Below the pieces are notes generated by a model that did not search any database, was not told where the DNA came from, and was given only the letters and a program-made list of their open reading frames with translations. From the NCBI RefSeq assembly GCF_006345805.1, contig NW_021825059.1:1-17054 (forward strand): a stretch of DNA of 17,054 nucleotides, read 5' to 3'. The DNA is from Octopus sinensis. Its lineage: Eukaryota. Shown piece after piece: positions 9,349 through 17,054 of this stretch (its first letter is position 1; every line of letters starts with the position of its first letter). Both the position numbers and the translations under genes were made by a program.

Positions 9349-10258
9349 TACTTGAATATTTTAGAAATTATAAACAAATTCCTATATCTAGAAACACTAT
9401 CATCTCGATACTTTATTCCGAATCTCGTCTGTGTGATGGGAAAAGAAATATGAAACATGAAACAATATGCTGTATAGGGTGAAAGACAATGTCGTATAAT
9501 ATAAAATTCTAGGCTGGAATGCTGTCGTTATTAATTATCTCTTGGTATTGTCATAGATACTAACAGAGCATTTTAAGTGTACAAGATTTTGGTACTAATA
9601 TGTGAAACCGTGGAAAGCATGATTTTTTCCCTTGTATTTTCCGTGTTATTTGAAACTGCATGGTAACTTTTCGAAGAAGATATATAATTTACAAATGAAG
9701 AAAATTTATAGCGACAGCATTCTTTTCAAGACTTTCACCGAAACAAGTTATTATTTTACTGTATGATATTCTCATCACTCTGCTGAATAGATTCGGGAAA
9801 TAGAATCGTAATCCATCTGTCTATCTGTCTATCTATCAATCTGTCTATCTATCTGTGTGTCTATTTATCTGTCTGTCTGTCTGTCTGACGGATTGACTAG
9901 TAACTGTGTTCTGTTCGTAGCTAAGAGTTCTTTGACTTTTATTTCTAGCAATGCCGGTGCAGCCTTGCATCTTAGTCACTTTTAATGTCAATCAATTTAT
10001 TGCCTTTTGATTTTAATTTGCATTTAGCACCTTAATGATTTCGAAATACGAGATTAGAAAAACAATCAACAACAGATGAAGGGTCGTTCTTTATGTTGTT
10101 TCTCTTGTTTTCCATTTGTGTCTTTCGTTGTTCGAAAAAATACTTCATATTCCATGTACTCTGACTTTGAATTTTTTGTTGTACACGTCTCGTGACGTCC
10201 TGTGTCTACATATGCATGCATATATACGTATAGATGTATGTGTAAACGTATGTATAGA

Positions 10259-10344
<86 letters not shown>

Positions 10345-10459
10345 GAGAAAGTAATGTATATATGAATGCTTGTTTCTGTGTACTATTTTTTCTTAATCGT
10401 TTTACAAAATACAGATTTATCCGTAAAAAGAACATATTTTTTTGCTACAAGTCATAAAG

Positions 10460-11026
10460 TATTCTTTCCTACTCTAGACACAAGACTCGAAATTTTTTGG
10501 GAGGGGGGCCAGTCGATTAGATTTACTCCAGTACGCAACTGATGTTTAATTTATCGATCCTGAAAGGATGAAAGCGGAATATGAAATCAGAATATAAAGA
10601 CAGACGAAATACCTATTTCTTTACTACCCACAAGGGCTAAACACAGAGAGGAGAAACAAGAACAGACTTACGGATTAAGTTGATTACATCGACCCCAGTG
10701 CGTAACTGGTACTTAATTTATCGACCCCGAAAGGATGAAAGGCAAAGTCGACCTCGGCGGAATTTGAACTCAGAATGTAACGGCAGGCGAAATACCTATT
10801 TCTTTACTACCCACAAGGGGCTAAACACAGAAGGGACAAACAAGGACAGACAAACGGATTAAGTCGATTACGTCGACCCAGTGCGTAACTGGTACTTCAT
10901 TTATCGACCCCGAACGGATGAAAGGCAAAGTCGACCTCGGCGGAATTTGAACTCACAACGTAACGGCTGACGAAATACGGCTACGCATTTCGCCAAGCGC
11001 GCTAACGTTTATGCCAGCTCGCCGCC
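10460..11026 (-). mobile_element. SINE family B trimer with complete head
   Basis: Head 10980-11026 (GGCGGCGAGCTGGCATAAACGTTAG), units 10797-10979 and 10614-10796 (183 bp each), and terminal unit 10460-10613 with a short internal deletion. The tail type matches the tetramer. Confidence 0.9.
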
Positions 11027-11686
11027 TTAAGTCGTGCCAGTATTGTAGACATTATGTTCGAAATGAAATTGTAGAATTGCAATGATTAGCTGACAACAAA
11101 CTGACCAATTGGCCACCACCTCTAATATTTCTCAGACAACGCCAGGTACCGTTCTCGTTTTTATCATTGCTATATTAACGATGAGCTTCGAGATTTCTCT
11201 AGCCATGCTTTGTACATAAATACATGTGCATGCGTATATGCGTGTATATCTCTACGTGTGCATGTTATCACCGTATTGTTTCGCTTAAACAAAGATCTGT
11301 CATCGCCATCGCCATCGATGTGGTCTCGCCATGTTCGTTGTTATTGTTGTCAAATGTCTAGAAGGTCATTTAGAATAAAAAACGAAGCAAAAACGAACAT
11401 GGAAAAAGAAGGTCGACTAAGATGTGTTGGTGGTCTCTCTCTTTTGCAGATGTTTTGAAACGGAATCTAAAATTTCCCAACGATGTATGTATGTATGTAC
11501 GTATGTATGTATGAATTCTTTTATGTACATGCGCGTGCACGCGTGTCTATATGTATATGGGCATGTATATATATATATATATACACACACACGCATACAT
11601 ATATGTATATAAATTTATGAGTGTGTGTATATACTACTCCAGCTATTAATGAATTTTGGTATATACGCTCATAGATATATATGTAC

Positions 11687-11782
<96 letters not shown>

Positions 11783-11791
11783 GTCTATCTA
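11687..11791. repeat. (ATCT)n tetranucleotide microsatellite
   Basis: About 26 near-perfect units, seen directly. Confidence 0.95.
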
Positions 11792-11894
11792 TCCACATCC
11801 ACACATATATCCATATACATAAAAGAAGACATATATATTTATAAATGTAGGCACATACAGATATGTATATGAATGTTTATATACACATATCAAT

Positions 11895-11935
<41 letters not shown>

Positions 11936-11975
11936 TATGTATATATATATATGTGTATGCGTGTGTGTGTGCGTG

Positions 11976-12033
<58 letters not shown>

Positions 12034-12258
12034 CACGGAGAGGGTGCGATGGACAGAATTACGGAAGAGGGGAAAAATGTTTGATATGTTACACTTCGAG
12101 AATAAGTGTCGGGATTGTAAATGAAATTTAATAAATCTTCGTTATGTTGATGTTCAGGATGTATGTATATCTCACATATATACATTATATATTACATCCT
12201 CCGCACACACTTGTACACTTTCGTCCCAGTAAAAGTGTGTGCGTATATATATATATAT

Positions 12259-12321
12259 AACAACAACGCGAGGACATAGTACAAGTAATAAGTAATGTAC
12301 TATCAGGCGTTCTGGAAAGGA
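12259..12321. mobile_element. Fragment homologous to the left arm of the 2243-2549 element
   Basis: AACAACAACGCGAGGACATAGT...GTACTATCAGGCGTTCTGGAAAGGA vs 2278-2335 AACAATAACGTGAGGACGTGTG...GTATTATCAGACGCTCAGGAAATGA. Confidence 0.55.
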
Positions 12322-12355
<34 letters not shown>

Positions 12356-12384
12356 ATGTATATATATGTATATATATATATTAT

Positions 12385-12415
<31 letters not shown>

Positions 12416-12570
12416 TATATGTACATGCGGCGTGTATGTATGTATGTATGTATGTATGTTATATATATGTATATGTATGTATGTATAATATATATAGGTA
12501 TCTACACACACATAGTGAGAGAGAGAGAGAATTCAGTTAGAGGTTATGTTAGCCTCTTGAATGGATGGTG

Positions 12571-12618
<48 letters not shown>

Positions 12619-12762
12619 GGACACACACACAGACACAGACACACACGCACACAGAGACACACAACACACATAGTTTTGGTAGTTTTGGTGAAGCATTGTA
12701 TGATATTACATTGAAGAAACTTGTTCGGCCTTACCCAAAACGTCCCTTTAATGTATATATTA

Positions 12763-12816
<54 letters not shown>

Positions 12817-12817
<1 letters not shown>

Positions 12818-13041
12818 AGTTTGCGGCCAAAATGTTCAGAACGGCCTTGTTTTCGTCAGAAAAGTAGGTATAATTTTTTTATCAAAGTTGTTTTATATTC
12901 TATAATTTTCACAGACAATAAATACAATATTAGTCGTTATTGTCTGAGATTTTGGTGTAATTTGAGAGGATAATACAAAAGTTATGGATGATTTAGTGAT
13001 TTACAGCAAAATCCATGCCGGCCAAAATGATCAGAACGGTT
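12817..13041 (+). repeat. Left terminal inverted repeat of Tc1 element with outer and inner direct repeats
   Basis: Reverse-complement match to 14204-14426. GGCCAAAATG(T/A)TCAGAACGG occurs at both its outer (~12825) and inner (~13020) ends. Confidence 0.95.
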
Positions 13042-13088
13042 TAAAAAATAACAAAATAATAAAAAATGACTGAGAATACTGGAATTAT

Positions 13089-14084
13089 TTAATAGTTAGT
13101 GTGAAGCCCTTTAGCTTCAATCACACTTTAACATCTTCGACTGCATGAGGAAATTAAATTTTCAATTTCTTGCTGGGTGATCTTATTCCATTCTTCCTGA
13201 AGGGCATTCCATAATTGCTCGTTTGTTTTAGGATTTCTGGCTTTCAAACGTTCTCCTAGAATATTCCACACATTTTCAATAGGATTGAGATCCGGGCTTT
13301 GAGCTGGCCAATCCATAACAATAACCTTTTCAGCCTTGAGGAAGTTCATGACCACTTTAGCCTTGTGACATGGGTCATTGTCCTGCATGAATATGGGTGA
13401 TCGTTTAGTTGAATTTCTCAGCACAGGCAAGGCATGATCTTTAACAAGTTGTTTATAAACTCCTGCATTTACCTTTCCATGTAATCGCACCAAAGGGTCC
13501 ACACCATCCCCAGATATCATCCTCCAAACCATGACACTTCCTCCACCGAATTTAACACTAGTCTTAAGGCATTCAAGCGACAATTTTTCACCTACTTTTC
13601 TGAGCCAAATAACATAAACTTAAATTTATCACTGAAATGCACCGTTTGCCATTTTTCTTGAGACCACAACACATGTTCGGTTGCAAAGATAAGACGACAC
13701 TTTTTATTCTTGGAGCTGATCAGTGGCTTCACTGCAGGTGCTCTTGCTTGTAGGTCATGTTCAACTAAACGACGAGACACAGTTTTTTCGAGATAAAGTT
13801 TTCTTCAGTACAATGCTCATTTCCCGAGAAACAGCAGCAGCAGTTTTAAACCTGTCCATTTTAACCAACTTTACCATAGCACGATCTTCTCTCTTGGTCG
13901 TTTTTCTTGGCCTACCTGTAGACTTTCTTGATTCACACGAACCACAATTATCGTAGACCTTAAGAATACCGTGAACAACACTTTTTGACTTGTTAACAAT
14001 CTTTGCAATAGACCCAATACTTAAATTATCCTTTTTTCGAAGCTTAATAATCTACTGACGAATTGGTAACGGAGTAAGTGGCAT
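13089..14084 (-). pseudogene. Tc1-family DD34E transposase, inactivated
   Basis: My translation from ATG 14084 gives MPLTPLPIRQ*IIKLRKK...GRPRKTTKREDR (paired-like HTH and GRPR motif), ...WQTVHFSD..., KFGGGSVMVW, FMQDNDPCH...WPAQSPDLNPIENVW, with exactly 34 residues between D and E. Lesions are a stop at codon 11, a +1 frameshift in the T6 run near 13783-13788, a deletion/frameshift near 13598, and a premature stop at 13128 before SVIEAKGLHTNY*. Confidence 0.95.
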
Positions 14085-14203
14085 TATATTAACAAAGTAC
14101 ACTGCAGATATTCTTACTAATGTTTAGTAAACGAACCGTCACGTAAACAAATTCAAAACATTAGGGTTCGCCGGTTAAATACACTAAAACACGGAGAAAA
14201 AGC

Positions 14204-14423
14204 AACCGTTCTGATCATTTTGGCCGCCATGGATTTTACAGTAAACCACTAAATTATCCATAACTTTTGTATTATCCTCTCAAATTACACCAAAATCTCA
14301 GACAACAACAATTGATATTGTATTTATTGTCTGTGAAAATTATAGAATATTAAACAACTTTGATAAAAAATTATATCTACTTTTCTGACAAAAACAATGC
14401 CGTTCTGAACATTTTGGCCGCAA

Positions 14424-14426
<3 letters not shown>
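14204..14426 (-). repeat. Right terminal inverted repeat of Tc1 element
   Basis: Reverse-complement match to 12817-13041, followed immediately by TA. Confidence 0.95.
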
Positions 14427-14522
<96 letters not shown>

Positions 14523-14530
14523 ATATATAT
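14427..14530. repeat. (TA)n microsatellite, representative of many TA, CA/TG, CT and TATG tracts in the window
   Basis: Seen directly. Similar tracts lie at ~2152-2242, 2549-2835, 3250-3425, 4311-4360, 4780-4880, 5274-5415, 6586-6672, 12340-12500 and 16700-16770 (TTTC). Confidence 0.95.
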
Positions 14531-14579
14531 GTATATATATGCATGTATGTAAGTATGTAGGTGTGTGTGTGTGCATATA

Positions 14580-15080
14580 CCGTAAGTCCTCGAGTATAAT
14601 CCGCATTTTCCCCCCAAAATTTAAAGGTCAAAATCCTTAGTGCGTACTATATACGAGGTTAAAAATGAAAATTATTTTCTAAGCAATGTCCGAGTCTCTA
14701 TTCAGACGCATTTTGTGATGTCGGGTGCGAAAATACCTTAAGCTAAGCCTGAAGGCAATGAAGTCATAAAAGAATCATCCATAACTTGCAGTAAGCAACA
14801 TTTATTAAAATAAAAGTATTCAGAACACAGAATAACATGTAACAAAAACAATTTGCAAACATTTACATTCCCATATAACAGGTAAGAACATCACCATTAT
14901 TGTATTACGCATGCGCGGAAGTGTTTGTTCGACTAGGTGCTGCTGGCTTAATTACGCACAACTCAAGTTAGAGAATGAGTGCGCATTATACACAAGGTTT
15001 ACGTTTTTCAGAGGTATAGCCACCTAAAAATCCTCTGCGTATTATACTCAAAGGCGGACTATATACTCGAGGATTTACGG
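14580..15080. mobile_element. Non-autonomous Tc1/mariner-superfamily MITE (CCGTA ends, Tc2/pogo-like), 501 bp
   Basis: TIRs CCGTAAGTCCTCGAGTATA and CCGTAAATCCTCGAGTATA (18/19 match), TA on both sides (14578-79, 15081-82), and subterminal TGCG(T/C)A(C/T)TATA repeats at 14641, 14980 and 15036. No ORF. Confidence 0.9.
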
Positions 15081-15215
15081 TATATGCCCACGTGCATCAA
15101 ATAATAACTCGCAAATATATATTTTGTACAAAGCATTCACCAAAGGGTCAAATGTACTTGAATAACTTCGTTTTGAGCTGTATAAGGCTGATTAAATGAA
15201 TGGACTAAAGTTATA

Positions 15216-15620
15216 CATCATCCATATTCGACGCCCACTATCTTTTGAAAGATTGTGATACCTTCTTCATACTGTCCTGTCAGAAGCAACCGTCATAACA
15301 CTTTCCTGCTGGATTGTTCTACATGACTAACAGAGATTATGGATAGTATCTGAGATAATGGATATTGTCTGAGACTATGGATATTGTTTGAGACTATGGA
15401 TATTGTCTGAGACTATGGATATTGTCCAACCATATCCTTCTTGATATACTCCTAGGTCCCCTGCTGCTTGGCTCAGCTTGCAGAATTTGTCTTGCGATTT
15501 TTTCCTGTAACATTTGAACTATTAATACATGTCCAATCTACCGAAGCTGTAACCTCTCAATACGAAGAAGCGGTTCAACCTGAAGGGATTCTCCAATCTC
15601 CAGGTTACACACCTCCAGGA
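15216..15620 (-). mobile_element. RTE-clade LINE, 3' fragment of ORF2, degraded
   Basis: The - strand translates LEIGESLQVEPLLRIERLQLR*IGHVLIVQMLQEKIARQILQAEPSSRGPRSISRRIWLDNIHSL, then after the tandem expansion ...ESVMTVASDRTV*RR. This fits the RTE C-terminal pattern QLRW.GHV.RM...R...L....G.R.RGRP...W.D...A.DR..W and ends in a short GAT repeat. Confidence 0.85.
15333..15427. repeat. 19-bp minisatellite, 5 copies (GAGACTATGGATATTGTCT), inside the RTE fragment
   Basis: Copies start at 15333, 15352, 15371, 15390 and 15409. Confidence 0.95.
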
Positions 15621-15621
15621 T

Positions 15622-15736
15622 ACGGCAGCTTGGCCATCGAGTGTCTTCTACTATAGCCTCGACCCAACCAATACCTTGTGAACCAGTTTGGTAGACAGAA
15701 ACTATATGGAAGCTTGTCGTAAATATATATATATAT

Positions 15737-15782
<46 letters not shown>

Positions 15783-15984
15783 CTGTGATTGTCCCCATGT
15801 CTCCGCTTGACAACATGTGTTGGTTTATTTACCTCCCCATAACTTAGCGATTCGGTAAAAGAGATTAGTAGAATAAGTACCAGACTTAATGAATAAGTAT
15901 TCATGTCGATTTGATCGCCTAAAATTCTTCATGTCTCTGCCCTCATCATGACCGCTGCCGAAGGACTGAAGTAAAAAAAAAAAA
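15622..15984 (+). mobile_element. SINE family A, 5'-truncated, with A-rich tail
   Basis: GTGTCTTCTACTATAGCCTCG...TTTGGTAGACAGAAACT, a TA/TG microsatellite, CGCTTGACAAC...AGAATAAGTACCAG...GTCGATTTGATCG...GACTGAAGT and A12. Confidence 0.8.
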
Positions 15985-16020
15985 TGATTTCAGAAGAAAA
16001 ATGAAAATATAAATATTTTA

Positions 16021-16378
16021 GTCGAAGAAACTAACATCAGAACTTATTTTTAAGTCTTGTACTTATTCTGTCATTGCTTTTGCCGCACCGCTAGGTTAAA
16101 GGGACGTAATAAAGCCAACCCCGACAGTCAAGCGGTGGAAGGGACAAGAACTTTCTCTCTCTCTCTCATACGCACATACGCACGCACACACACACACATA
16201 CCACTCACACATACACACACATATTCTACAGGCTTCCTCACAGTTTCCGTGTACGAAGACATTCGTCGGTCCAGGCTTATTGTAGAAGACATTTCCCTAG
16301 GGTCTTGTGGTGTGGCACTGAAGCCGAAACAATCTCATCTGTTTGCTAAAAGAGTTTCTGAACCATGTAGCCATGCCT
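16021..16378 (-). mobile_element. SINE family A, older diverged copy
   Basis: GTACTTATTCTGTC...TTTTGCCGCACCGCTAGGTT...GTCAAGCG, a microsatellite, then ACAGGCTTC...CAGTTTCCG...GTAGAAGACA...GCCATGCC, all homologous to 1741-2151. Confidence 0.7.
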
Positions 16379-16724
16379 ACAACTGCATATGTATATACAC
16401 AACACACACACACACACACATGCGCGCATGCGCGCATGCGCATACAAATTGTTATATTCTCCTTTTCAAAGAAGTACAAAGATTGAGTTGACACATACAT
16501 CCCTCATCTTACCCCTTTTCCATCCAGCCTAGGCTCTTTCCAGTCTCACATTCTTTAGCTGTTGAGATGTAAGACATTCCTGAGAATTCTAACAAAGACT
16601 CCTAAACGCGATTCCTTGTCAGTGATGCTGTTTCTTCAGATAGTCCATCATGGAAATATATCTTCCTTCATCACTAGCCTTGTTCTTTCTATCTCTCTTT
16701 CTTTTTTTCTTTTTTTCTTTCTTC

Positions 16725-16772
<48 letters not shown>

Positions 16773-16892
16773 TTATTCAGTTCGAAAACAATTCCTCACA
16801 CACGCAACCTCAAAGATCCACACAGCACACGCACAAATACACATGCGCGTACATACATACGTACATACATAGATACATACACACACACACAC

Positions 16893-16939
<47 letters not shown>

Positions 16940-17054
16940 GCGCATACAGACAGACACACACACACAAACATACCTTACATCTATATCTAGGTCTTTCCCT
17001 CTTTCTCTATATATGTATATATATATGCAGGTGTAAATATAAATTATATATATA

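Larger units (their letters stand above)
12817..14426 (-). mobile_element. Tc1/mariner DNA transposon (Tc1 family, IR/DR type), near full length, ~1.61 kb
   Basis: TIRs of ~225 bp; the right end reads CAGTTGCGGCCAAAATGTTCAGAACGG on the - strand. The element sits in (TA)n and contains a DD34E transposase remnant. Confidence 0.97.

Noticed and set aside
10016-10023. Octamer ATTTGCAT and the CCAAT box at ~1321 as promoter elements
   Set aside because: These are isolated short motifs expected by chance in 17 kb, with no associated gene start or snRNA.
13723-13956. + strand 77-aa ORF
   Set aside because: It is antisense to the Tc1 transposase.

Overview
Metazoan non-coding DNA, probably intronic or intergenic, dominated by microsatellites and transposable elements. 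The SINE families and microsatellite density resemble octopus (coleoid cephalopod) DNA; this is from recall and was not verified by a search. No host protein-coding gene can be supported, and nearly all track ORFs are simple-repeat artefacts. Real coding remnants are a disrupted DD34E Tc1 transposase inside a near-complete 1.6-kb IR/DR element (12817-14426) and the 3' end of an RTE-clade LINE ORF2 (15216-15620, - strand, not called by the ORF track). Also present are a 501-bp Tc2/pogo-like MITE and three tRNA-derived SINE families (my labels A, B, C). Family B occurs as a monomer, a trimer and a tetramer. The most unusual signals are (i) an inverted pair of minimal type-I hammerhead-ribozyme-like motifs with a compensatory stem-I change, plus several more decayed hammerhead-like remnants, consistent with Penelope-like element termini, and (ii) multimeric SINE-B arrays that share position-specific variants, suggesting the multimer itself is the mobile unit.
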